Shown one piece after another: positions 51,886-64,000 of a stretch of DNA of 64,000 nucleotides (its first letter is position 1; each line of letters begins with the position of its first letter). Origin of the DNA: Octopus bimaculoides (taxonomy: Eukaryota). The DNA lies in contig NC_068985.1 in the NCBI RefSeq assembly GCF_001194135.2, forward strand, positions 9,545,944-9,609,943. The letters are read 5' to 3'. The position numbers and the translations under genes were made by a program. The notes beneath the pieces are model-generated. The model made no database searches and was not told the origin of the DNA. It worked only from the letters and a program-made list of their open reading frames with translations.

Positions 51886-53756
51886 TATGTATAAATACAA
51901 AGTCTCAGAAAGACACTTTACTGTTTCTCTATCCAAATATACTAGAGTCTAAAGGATGAATTCTTGCAGACAGTTCCAAAAAATTTTCTTATTAGTTGGT
52001 AGATGGAAATTCCTCAATAGAATATTAATTCTAACATAACTGGCCATACTTTGAAAGATTGTCCCCTGTGTCAAAAACAATAATGCATTCATAAACAAGA
52101 ACCACTCCCTCCCCCCTACTCACATGATATTTGTTCTTTCTTTTTGTTTTTTGTTTTTTAGCACAAGATACAGAAGAGATGAAAACAATGGATTTTTCTG
52201 ATGTATTTAAGATGTTTTTCATAATTTTAACAGCAGCCAATCAAATCTTATGTTTAATTTTATGTGTCTTGACTATACATGTACTGATGAGTAAAGAGTG
52301 CATATTACTGTACTGATTATGAAATCATGATTTACTGTTAAGTCTTTTTAGGAGGCTCGCTTCAAGAATTGCATTCCCTTGCATTTGGTAAAAATGTGTT
52401 TATTATGATAGTCTGACTTTTAGAGTCCCTCTTAGCATGAGGCATTTATGTATAGTAATGCCCTTAATATAAACAAATCTATAGACATATATTAGTTGTC
52501 TTGTATAGGACTGTTTACTGTTGAGAAATATCTACACACTGTCGGCCTAGTTCTTATTGTAGACCAAACAGAAAATGTATAAAAGCTGGAAATCTGGAAA
52601 AGATTACACAGAATAATACAAGTGAATGTTAGAGATGAAAACAATCAAAATACAATGGCAGTTTTGTTCAGTGAACAGAAAGGCTTCAGAAGGGACTGGA
52701 AGACCAGGATCTAATAATACAGATCCAAATTTATTTATAGAAGCATAATAAACAATAAACTTTTTAAAAGGATATAAGACTTAAACAACAACAACAACAA
52801 TAAAAATATGTTGATGGCTGCGGGCATGGAAGTAGAGTCAAATGATCCAAAAGTAACCAGGGTTTCGAATTCTAGCCGAATGTAGAGCACTCTTGGCAAG
52901 TGACTTTTACAAATAAGACTTTAAATAAATATGGAGAAAATCAGAACTTCAGATAAAAGACAGGAAAGACACATAGAAAAGGAATCATATAAATTTATCA
53001 CAGTCACAGATTACTTTTAATAAAATAGCTTTTGTTCATAGAATGAGAAATGTGTGCTGAGGTGGAGATCAATTTTAAAAGTCCATTTTAGCATGACTAT
53101 TTTGATAGCTTTCCAAAGTTGCCAATCCAGATGATTTGGTTATTTTTCTTTCACTGAGGTCATCCAAATACTGTGAGGTAGATTTCAAGGATGAGAAAAG
53201 ATGATTAAAAAAAAATCACTATTGGTTGCAAGCTTCTTGCTACTACAGTATCTGTAATCTCACAGAAGCGGCAACGCCAGATATGTTATGGCTGTCTTTT
53301 GGGACAGCACCATCCACTTTGTTCTCCAACAGTTGTGGACTTTTTTTTTTAAATTTTAGCTTTTATTTTCTTAAGATTTATGTTCTGCCTTCTACAACTG
53401 CCACTACATAAACCTGACGATTGCATAACGCATGAAAGTACTAGTTTATTTCAATATTGTAAAATTGTAAAAATTGCAAATTATTAAGCATGAAAATCAG
53501 ATTGAGTTGGGATTTCATTNNNNNNNNNNNNNNNNNNNNNNNNNNNNNNNNNNNNNNNNNNNNNNNNNNNNNNNNNNNNNNNNNNNNNNNNNNNNNNNNN
53601 NNNNNNNNNNNNNNNNNNNNNNNNNNNNNNNNNNNNNNNNNNNNNNNNNNNNNNNNNNNNNNNNNNNNNNNNNNNNNNNNNNNNNNNNNNNNNNNNNNNN
53701 NNNNNNNNNNNNNNNNNNNNNNNNNNNTTTGTTGTTTTTTTTTTGTGAATTCTCTC

Positions 53757-53792
<36 letters not shown>

Positions 53793-55702
53793 ATGGTTTC
53801 CATACAGTTTTTGTCAACCAAATTCATTCACAAGACATTGTTTGACTCGGAAGAAGACACTTGCCCAAGGTGCCATGCAGTGGGACTGAACCTGAAACCA
53901 CATGGCTGCTAAGCAAGCTTCTTAACCACAAAGCAATGCCCTTGCCTATAATCTTTCTTTTTTTTTCTCTCTCTCTATCTCTTATCTTGCAACTAATACT
54001 TTATCTTTGCCACTCTTAGCTTCTTCATTCCCCACACAGAAAGAGATAATTAATATCCCGGGAATAAATAGATTCAGGGAAAATTTGATATGTTTTCTGT
54101 CAAGTGACAGATTTGTTCAAAATCTCAGCTCAAACTGGAAATGAAATGTAAATACAATGGACTGACTATTACATACATCTCAACTAAATGAAATCAGAAA
54201 TCTTAATATATTTTATACGACTTCAGATATCTCCTGTGAGTGAAAATATTCCTTAAAATAAAACTCAAATTAATAGGACTGCTATCTGAATATAAAGTCA
54301 CATGGGCTTTTGGAAAAGCCTACATAATGTGTGTGTGTGTCTATATATGTGTATATATATATATATATATATCTCTGTATGTGTGTGTGTATGGATATAT
54401 ATGTGTACATACATATATACACACACACATACATACACTCACATATATGTCCAACTGATGCTGTCATCATTTAATGGATGTTTGTTGATGATGATGATGC
54501 CTATTGCACGGTAACTTGTGTAGGATGAGCTCTGTTGGTTTGATATTTTTCCTTGCCACTAACTACTAAAACGAAATAAAAACGAAAACACAATTAATTA
54601 AAACTGAGACAATTAGAGTTCAGGTAATAATAATCACAGCAGTTGAAGTATTAACAACTGAACTTGTGAACAACGTGGTCAATTGTGTAGCAGCTTAACC
54701 TAATAGCCATCAGTCTTATTTTCAAGTGATACGTCTGTTCTTCACTTAATAGAGTTAACCATTTCAAGTAGAGAGAGATCAGCCTATCTTAAACATATTT
54801 GAACTGTCACATATGACAGGTTTATAGACACCTGAAAGCCAGTTCAAATGATCACTTATATAGAAGAATCTCAAGCAGTTTTGGTCGTTTCAGCTTGTGT
54901 CATTGAAGACAAGATTAATAACGAAAGATGAAAGACTACAAAGGCAGTGAAGTAGACACCATTAATGGATACTACAAGCAGACACATAAACTTGAAGAGA
55001 AAGAAAAAATATTTGATTGAATATTAAACTTGAAGAGAAAGAAAAAATATTTGATTGAATATTTCTAGTTATGATTACAAAGACTAAATTAAAACTAACC
55101 TTATTCTTTATGCAACAGTCATTAGTCTCCCTGTTATTGGAGCTTAGTTGTTTACTCAACAATGTAATGACAACAATATTGAAAATGAGATTCGACATAC
55201 ATGTTATGAAAATATATTCCAAGGACCTTTTAGATAGCTTTCTAAAAGTAAAAGGCAGTTTCTGTTATCAACGTGACCTAATTAGTACTGGAAGTGACTT
55301 CAGTGAAAGTATAATAAACTAGACTAATAAAATAATTCAAGAGGTTCAAGATGTTACTCCTGTTGGCAACAGAGGGCTTCTATCTGCACAAAAGGCAGAA
55401 ACAAAGATCGTATGTGTGGTTAAGTGTCATGCTACACAATGATGAAGCATAAACATAAAAATGAAAGAGAATTTTAATAGGCTGGAGAGAAATTTACTGA
55501 ATATTGATCTGATGTGACTTTGTCAGCAAAGGAAGGGCTGAGAGCTGGGGACATTTTCAGTGCCTTTGATATCTATGGGAGGAAGAAAGGAAGTTGTCCC
55601 ATGGCTGAAGAACTGAGCTAAATGCATACATGCATACATCAACATAAACTGCTAAAGTCATGTAAGGGCCAAGAGGGGATTTTAAACTAGGTTTTAGATT
55701 AA

Positions 55703-55857
55703 CTCTTTAGCGTTCAGACTATTCTGTCAAAAGTAATGCTTATTTATTCATATTATTTTGAATTGATCATGGATTATCTTGTAGTATCAGGCTGATTTGA
55801 ACATTAAAAACAGGTAGAATATTTGGGCCAGACATGGCTGGTTTAAATGCTAAAGGG
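55703..55857. mobile_element. piggyBac-like MITE, family P2 (internally deleted)
   Basis: TTAA|CTCTTTAGCGTTCAG...TAAATGCTAAAGGG|TTAA. Confidence 0.7.
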
Positions 55858-58204
55858 TTAAGTCAGACAACCTTTCACACAGTGTCCATTGACCAACTTC
55901 ACTTACAAAGCTTTAGCTGACCCAAGGCTGGATAACACTTGCTAGAAGTAATATACGGTGGGATTAAACCTAAAACCACATAGTCACAAAGCAAATTCAA
56001 CCATGTTTGAACCCAAATATATGATCCATTGGATATGCAACGATGATTAACTTGGATGAAAGGAGGATGTGCAGGTGAACCATGAATGTAGGTGAGCATT
56101 AAAGGCATTATGTAATGTATACTAATGACACAGCTACATTTGCATGGACATGTGGCATTCACAAATGACATCTGATCATTAAGAAGTATGTCATATACTG
56201 ACAAACCAATACATCAATGGTAGAGGAATTACAATGGACGCATGGAAAGAAATCAGTCAAATCTGGTTTTATTTTTTAACTGGTTTAAGCCATTGAACTT
56301 TAGCAATGACATCAATTCTTGAAAGGCAAATATCATTGGCCTCTGGAAGAATGAAAAGTTAATTTAGAAGTTGACCAGATTTTTAATTTAAAGCATTAAG
56401 CAATATTACCAACCACCATAATGCATTTTTGTTTTACCACTGCTCTACCAATTCTGTCATCCACCATTTTATGTGGAAACCTCACAAACGTTATGACATA
56501 GGAACAGGACTAGAAGTGATATATCAAATTGCAGACCTATCCAACTCAACATGAGAGAACAGGTATCAAGCTTTTAGCGTTCAAATTATCCTGTCAAATG
56601 CAATGTTTGTTTTTTTGTTCACATTGCCTATCTGCAATTATAGAGGTTTAGAGGAATGAACAGAATTTGTCGAGAATATAGAGGAACATCTTAGTCTCCA
56701 GTGACATGCCATTACTAATGCAAACCGTAACAACCAACGAGGGAAGGTCGAGGTAATTGTTCAAGCAAATCACTCTCAAAACACAACCTATTGTTTTAGA
56801 AAAAGAAAGGATACATTGAATAATGGGGTGCAAGGTAAACTATTTCCTGTAAAGTGAAGAAAACAAATAAGGCAGGATGGCCAAAGCTTGAAAGTCTTTC
56901 ATTATATATCTGCTCCATCAGGTTTAAACAACAACAACAACAGCAACAACAACATTACTGAATTGAGAAGCAAGCGAACACCATGTAAACAACTACTACT
57001 GCTGCTGCTGCTACTTTACACTGCAGCAAAATCCTAAAGCCCTTTTCCAAATCAATGATTAAACTTTTAAGTCACCAGCTGTATCATCAACGCAATCATT
57101 ATCATTTCATGTAACACCTATGATCCAATGATGACAGAAGATAACAGCAGCCACTACTACTACTATCACTACCACCACAACCACCAAATCAATTGTTGCC
57201 TCACAGCTGTTGCCGTGGTAACCCAACTTGTTTATCTGTATTTAATGAACTGACTCTCAAATGTCAGTTGATACACCCACAGCCACATTAAAGAACAAAA
57301 ACTGCTAAACATACAATACACACACACACACACACACACACAGCACACCTGTTAAATAGATACGATGGGAGAATGGGGGAGTGTCACACCTGTCATTAAT
57401 AATTGATGGCTTGTCTGTCATTGTAACAGGAATTCAAAACAGAAAATGTAACTTAAATAGATCCTCAGCCCCAGGGAACTTTTAAGGACTGATATTGACA
57501 TTTCACACACACACACACACACACACATACATGAGTGTAACACACATACACACATATGGTGAGGGTTGGGTGGGGGGGATTTGATTGCATGGCATGAAGC
57601 AGATGAGAAAGAAATCTTCCACTGAACAGGATGGCAGTTTGTCGTTAGGTAACATTCCCCCAATGATCTGATGGAAGTATGACTGACTGCTGAGGTGAAT
57701 TAGAAACAGTGTAGAATAAAGCAGTCTCTCAAGAGAAGAAGGTAAATAAAACATTCTTTTGAGACTAAACAACATCAATGAGATGTAAAAAAGAAGCTGA
57801 GGAAGTAGTCTCTACAGGGTCACTAGATCTGCTAGAAATAGCAGCTAAATCTCCCTCAACAGCAGCAGTCTATAAGATCTACTCAAAGTACAACCCATCA
57901 GTACTTGTAGCTATGTAAGCTTTAGAGTACAAGGTGGTAGTTCTTTCACACCTGTATACATCCTCTTGATGACTGATATGAAGACTTAGACATTCAAAAG
58001 AAGATTTATCATCTCTTAATACATGGAATTAATTACTGGAAAGTGTAACTAGAACCATTTAAACACAGAATATAAGCTTTCGAAGACCAAGTTCACGCGG
58101 CACCTCTTGCTATGCTGACCTGGTTAAGAATCTTGCTTTGGCAAGTGTCCTCCAGCCTCAGGTCAAGCAATATATATAATGTTTTTTTTTTTCTTATTTA
58201 ATCA

Positions 58205-58470
58205 TCTTCATCATCATCATTTAACGTCTGCTTTCCATGCTAGCATGGGTTGGATGATTTGACTGGGGACTGGTGAACCAGATGGCTACACCAGGCTCCA
58301 ATCTGATCTGGCAGAGTTTCTACAGCTGGATGCCCTTCCTAACGCCAACCACTCCCAGAGTATAGTGGGTGCTTTTTACGTGCCACAGGCATGAGGACCA
58401 GTTCAGGGGTACTGGCAACAGCCACGCTCAAATGGTGTTTTTTTACATGCCACCTGCACAGGAGTCAATC
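58205..58470 (-). mobile_element. RTE-tail-like SINE copy
   Basis: Reverse-complement consensus, closely similar to 1211-1467. Confidence 0.8.
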
Positions 58471-58889
58471 CAATGTTTTGTTGTTTATATATAATGTTGT
58501 TTTCTTATGTTGCCGCTGTATGTCCAAAGAACCAGCCATATTTTGTTTCACATCTCTGAAACTTTAAATAATACCTACATCTGATTTCTTCATTCATTTA
58601 TATATATGTTATACATATCATCATGTTGTATATACAAATGTATATGTGTGTTTACATGTTTGTGTGGTGTCTGTCCCCTAACACCACTTGACAACTGGTG
58701 CTGGTTTTATTTATGTCCTTGTTTGACAAAAAAGTTTCAAAGAATAAAAGAACTAAACTTTAAAAAATAATAAATACCATTAAAATTTCTTTGACTAAAC
58801 TCTCCAAGACAGTGCTTTAACATGGTCACAGTGCAATGACAGGGGCTATAAACCATATCAATTTACCCCTCCCTTAATATTGCTGGCCA

Positions 58890-59305
58890 TTGTCCATGCT
58901 GGCATGGGTAGGACGGTTTGACCGGGGCTGGTAAGCTGGTAGGCTGCACCAGACTTCACTCTGATTTAGCATGGTTTTCTACGGCTGGATGCCCTTCCTA
59001 ACACCAACCGCTCTGAGAGTGTGGTGCTTTCAACGCAGCACTGGCATGGGTGCCATTTGAATGACACCAGCATCTGCCACAACTGCGATTTTGCTCAGCT
59101 TGATGGGTCTTCTTCTCAAGCACAACATAATGCCAAAGGCCTCAGTCATTGCCTTCAAGAGGACCAACACTCGAAAGGAACTCAAGCACTTTGCCTCTGT
59201 GAGGCCCAACACTTGAAGGGAACCCAGGCACTTTGCCTCTGTGAGGCCCGATGCTCAAAAGGAACTCAGCCACTTTGCTTCTGTGAGGTCTGATGCTCAA
59301 AAGAA
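58890..59305 (-). mobile_element. RTE-tail-like SINE variant with 42-bp tandem units
   Basis: Inverted homologue of 9560-10012. Confidence 0.8.
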
Positions 59306-59989
59306 CTGTATATGTGTGTGTGTGTCTGTGTTTGTTCCTCCAACATCGCTTGACAACTGATGCTGGTGTGTTTACATCCCCGTAACTAAGCAGTTCGGCA
59401 AAAAGAGACCGATAGTATAAGTACTACGCTTACAAAGAATAAGTCCTGGGGTCGATTTGTTCGACTAAAGGCGATGCTCCAGTATGGCCGCAGTCCAGCG
59501 ACTGAAACAAGTAAAAGAATAAAGGAACAAAAGAATGATTAATAAACCACAACGACTAAACATCAATTCTTCCGACTCGACTTCCTACTTGAAATCCTGT
59601 CAAGGTTGACTTAGCCTTTCATTCCGATGGGGGTCAATGAAGGCAAAGTACCAGTCAAGTACTGGGGGTCAATGGCATAAACTAACCTTAAACTGCTGAC
59701 CTTTTTTGCCTGTATTAGAAACAATTGTTGTATCAGGATTCAGCTGATATTACAAAAAAATCATTACCTTAACAATATGTTTAAAGACACCTAACGGAGG
59801 CACTTTTATTGTTTAAATTATCATATATTCGAATTAATTTGCTTAAATTCTTCAATTACCATTGTTGTGTCGTGGCCCAGTTGCATGTTCATGTAACATT
59901 AATCAATACAGCAAGGAAGTCTGATCAATAAAATGTAAAATATATGTTAAACTATCAACTTGTCATTTTATTTATTTTTAACATTATTG

Positions 59990-60480
59990 TGGCGGGGAAG
60001 GAAGCGGCAAGTTGTTTATTTCTTATCGTATTTTTCTCTCTCCCTCTCTCTCTCTTTCTCAAGCTGTCTATTGCTGTCTCATTCTTTCTCGCTCCTTATC
60101 AATCTCTAACAAGCTCTCTCTCTCTCTCTCTCTCTGCAACTCACACATTTTCTCCTTCACTACTTCTCACCTTTGATTCCGCCCCCCCCCCACACACTTT
60201 CTCTCTCTCTCAGTCTATCTACCTAGCTTTCTAACTGTCTATTTCTTTCAATCGCTCCCATTCTTTCTCTCTCCCTATCAATTTCTAACAAGCTCTTTTA
60301 TTATCTCCCTATTTCTTCTCCTTCATTTTCCCCCATGCTCTCTCTCTCTCCAGCTTCTTCTCCCACTGACTCACGCATTTTCTCCTTCACTTCTCTCTCT
60401 CTCTCTCCACGTACACACACATCCTTTCATTTCTCTCATTCTGTTTCTTGCCTTCTCATCAATTTTCTTCCTCTTCCATT
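59990..60480. repeat. CT-rich low-complexity tract
   Basis: Direct reading. Confidence 0.85.
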
Positions 60481-60705
60481 CTCTCCGTGCAATATGTAAA
60501 TAATTACACAAACCATAATTTACAAACCTTCTTATCATTCCCCAAACTATTTCATACATTTTTGATCAGCAGACAGATATATCTTTGGTATTTATTTAGT
60601 AAGCTCTCGAGAATGAACAGTATAAAACTTACTATAGCAGAGTTTGGAACTTAGAAACACAGGGTACCAAACTATAGGCCAAAATTACAGGTATATTCAC
60701 AGTGC

Positions 60706-61278
60706 GGATCTTTTTTAAAACGGGGGCCACATTTTTCATTAACGAAACACTTTGAAACTTGGAACACTGGTAGAATGTGTCATATAAAACATCTTTTTCT
60801 CTTAGTCTTCTTAAAAAAAAAAAGAAATCCATAAATTATTCCATGTTAAAGTTGTCGTATTTCTGTAATTTCAACCAATCACTGACGTCCATTCAGCCGA
60901 TATACATTAAGCGCCGACTACATAAACAAACGATTCTGAAACAATTAACCCTAACCCTAACCCTAACTCTAACCCTAGGGTTAGGGTTAGAGTTAGGGTT
61001 AGGGTTAAAGCAAATTTAAAATGAAAAAAGCAAATAAAACGAAGAATCGTTTGTTTATGTAGTCGGCACTTAATGTATATCGGCTGAATGGACGTCAGTG
61101 ATTGGTTGAAATTATCGAAATAAGACAATTTTTTACATGAAATAAATTCGAATACAAAAATATTTTTCTGTTCTATAACACAAAATAGATAAGTATACGA
61201 AGTTTTAAAGTCTTTCGGTACCAAAAACACTACGTAAAACATTAATGAAAAATGTGGCCCCCGTTTTAAAAAAGATCC
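60706..61278. mobile_element. TIR element with a telomeric palindrome core, copy 2 (inverted relative to copy 1)
   Basis: Same TIRs; perfect 8-bp flanks CACAGTGC at 60698-60705 and 61279-61286; core at 60946-61007. Confidence 0.88.
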
Positions 61279-63811
61279 CACAGTGCCTTGTTTCAAAGCT
61301 ATATCACAATGAAGAACATAATTTTAACGTCCATTTTTCTATGCTAGCATGGCTCAGATGGAGTTTACTGAAGTGGGTTGTTTATAGCTGGATGCCCTTC
61401 CTGTCACCAATCCCCATTTGTTTCTAAGCAAGGTAATATTTCCCCAACGTCAGGCGTGTTTTTACAGAATATCAGAAATGAATCACATTCATTTACCATA
61501 TTATGTGAAGTCAAGAGAAGACACAAACACACACACTAATACATACACACATACATATATACAAACATGTGTATATCTGTGTGTGCACACGCATATATAT
61601 CCTTATATATATNNNNNNNNNNNNNNNNNNNNNNNNNNNNNNNNNNNNNNNNNNNNNNNNNNNNNNNNNNNNNNNNNNNNNNNNNNNNNNNNNNNNNNNN
61701 NNNNNNNNNNNNNNNNNNNNNNNNNNNNNNNNNNNNNNNNNNNNNNNNNNNNNNNNNNNNNNNNNNNNNNNNNNNNNNNNNNNNNNNNNNNNNNNNNNNN
61801 NNNNNNNNNNNNNNNNNNNNNNNNNNNNNNNNNNNNNNNNNNNNNNNNNNNNNNNNNNNNNNNNNNNNNNNNNNNNNNNNNNNNNNNNNNNNNNNNNNNN
61901 NNNNNNNNNNNNNNNNNNNNNNNNNNNNNNNNNNNNNNNNNNNNNNNNNNNNNNNNNNNNNNNNNNNNNNNNNNNNNNNNNNNNNNNNNNNNNNNNNNNN
62001 NNNNNNNNNNNNNNNNNNNNNNNNNNNNNNNNNNNNNNNNNNNNNNNNNNNNNNNNNNNNNNNNNNNNNNNNNNNNNNNNNNNNNNNNNNNNNNNNNNNN
62101 NNNNNNNNNNNNNNNNNNNNNNNNNNNNNNNNNNNNNNNNNNNNNNATAGCAATTACACTGCTGAATGTAATAACTAGGTGAGGGTAATAAGTGATTTTA
62201 CCCTTAATTTATATGGCAAGAAGAAAATGGAGGGAATCCAGAGGTCATATTCATCAGCTGTTAGACATTATATTATGTCTATTTATTTATTTTAAACAGT
62301 TCAGATAATATATAAATACATGTGTAAAGTATTAGTAATTTCTTAACTCTGGATTCCCTACTTTTCCTTCTTGCCATATATATATATATTTGACCTCTCC
62401 TGTGCAAGGTCAAAACCATGCCAAAACTGACCTCACCTGTGCAGGTGCCACTTAAAAAGCACTCAGCCCACTCTGCAGGGTAGTTGGTGTTAGGAATGGC
62501 ATCCGAACGTAAAGACCCTGCCAAAACAGACACAGAAGTATGGTGCAGTCTTCTGCCTGACCAACTCTTGTGAAACCGTTCAACCCATGCCAGCATGGGA
62601 GGGGGACGTTAAACAATGATGATGATGATGATATATATATATATAACAAGCTTCTTTTGGTTTCCATCAACTCAATCCACTCACAAGGCTTTGGTCAGCT
62701 GGGGCTATAATAAAAGACACTTACCCAAGGTACCATGAAGTGGAACTGAACCTGAAACTAAACGGTTAGGTGACAAACTTCTGAACCACTCATCCATGCT
62801 TGCATATCTATAGATTTTAACCAACACTGTGTATGGGGAGAATTCACACAAAAAACATAAGACGAAGATGAGTGTGTAGACAACAACAAACAGATGTATT
62901 AGTTTAACGCTCCGGGAAGTGAAAATGTCTTTAATGTTTGGAGCCTCTCTAACACCTGTTTATTTACAGACAATTTTGGCTAAAATCTGTTGGAAAGTTC
63001 TGTTTGTACAGTATAACATGATATTCCACAGTCATAAATTATCAGTAAGACAACTTTAAAATGCACACTTGTAACCAGTTACACAGTATAATTTGATAAA
63101 GGAAAAATTAAGCCACGACACAACACTACCTTCTTTCATTCTGTTACAATTCAAGATGGTGGCAATAAAATTAGTGTTAATGCTTTTAATTATCTATTTC
63201 AAATATAATTATATTGGATTACTAAAATCAGAAGCTTTATAACATATTAGACACAGAGAAGCAGGTAAGCTGTCTTAATGCTCTTAATCTAATGGATTAA
63301 ACTAATATATAATTTAAATGTACATACAAAACAAAACAGAAAAAGTCATGACAGTCTGAAACAAAATGTCTCCTAGCGCACTAATAAAATTAAATAAAAC
63401 ACGAAACAAAAAGTTTAAAAAATAAAAGAAAAGAGGAGACATTTAAATGTTTTTGCTGTTAAATCTTTCAATTGATTTCTGTGAATTGAAAGATCTTATC
63501 AATAGCTGGGCAATCCTGGAAAATTTTATTGTGTCTTTCAAATTGGTAATCTTTTGAAAACTGTCAGGTTTTATCTCTCACAAACAGATAATTTTTACAT
63601 TGAAAATATATAAAGCCACAATGTTTATAAAGAATTTCTACAAAAACATAAAGGTGATCCCATACAACCTGTTCATGACAGCATGTAATTTAGAAGAATA
63701 TGACCCACACAAAGCCAACAAAATATTTATTTATTTTTATTGTTCGGTAACAGATGAATTTTTATAAGGTGATAAACCTCATCGAGATAATGGAAGATAG
63801 TTTATCTAAGC

Positions 63812-64000
63812 ATAGGCGTGGCTGTGTGGTTAGAAGTTTACTTCGCAACCACATGGTTCTAGGTTCAGTCCCACTGCGTGGCATCTGGGGCAGGAGTTTT
63901 CTACTATAGCCACGGGCTAACCAAAGCTTTTGGTAGACAAAAACTGAAAGAAGCCCGTCTCGGGTGTACATGTGTATGCGTCTTAGCGTCTACGTTTGTC
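63812..64000 (+). mobile_element. CORE-like SINE cut by the window edge
   Basis: Head and CORE-like motif present. Confidence 0.8.

Noticed and set aside
54960-55320. 37-bp tandem duplication (54988-55061) and a faint hAT-dimerisation-like peptide (NLILYATVISLPV)
   Set aside because: The similarity is too weak without an HMM search, and the duplication looks like ordinary slippage.
59895-59925. Short match (GCAAGGAAGTCTG) to the left flank of the TIR element at 49800
   Set aside because: About 13 nt of identity in AT-rich DNA; not enough to call an empty site or a duplication.

Overview
AT-rich, repeat-dense animal genomic DNA with 11 assembly gaps. The SINE repertoire suggests an octopus or related cephalopod (inference; no database search was possible). 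The only protein-coding exon I can support is the first coding exon of WDFY3/ALFY on the minus strand (39440-39637). I could not find the next WDFY3 exon in the ~39 kb downstream, so most of the window is probably WDFY3 intron or upstream sequence. The rest is SINEs (CORE-like, Meta-domain-like, an RTE-tail-like family and other tRNA-headed families), MITEs (piggyBac-, hAT-, Tigger- and possibly Merlin-like), decayed retroelement pieces (RTE, CR1, R4/Dong, Penelope, possibly Gypsy) and microsatellites. Almost all ORFs in the supplied track are microsatellite, SINE or gap artefacts. The most interesting observations are: (1) small non-autonomous retroelements carrying minimal type-I hammerhead ribozyme motifs, including a tRNA-headed SINE with a hammerhead in its tail near a Penelope remnant; (2) a three-level nested insertion at 41.5-42.5 kb; (3) a TIR element with a head-to-head telomeric-repeat core, present as two inverted copies. 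I found no CRISPR array, rRNA or genuine tRNA gene. Repeat boundaries are read by eye and approximate unless TIR/TSD coordinates are given.
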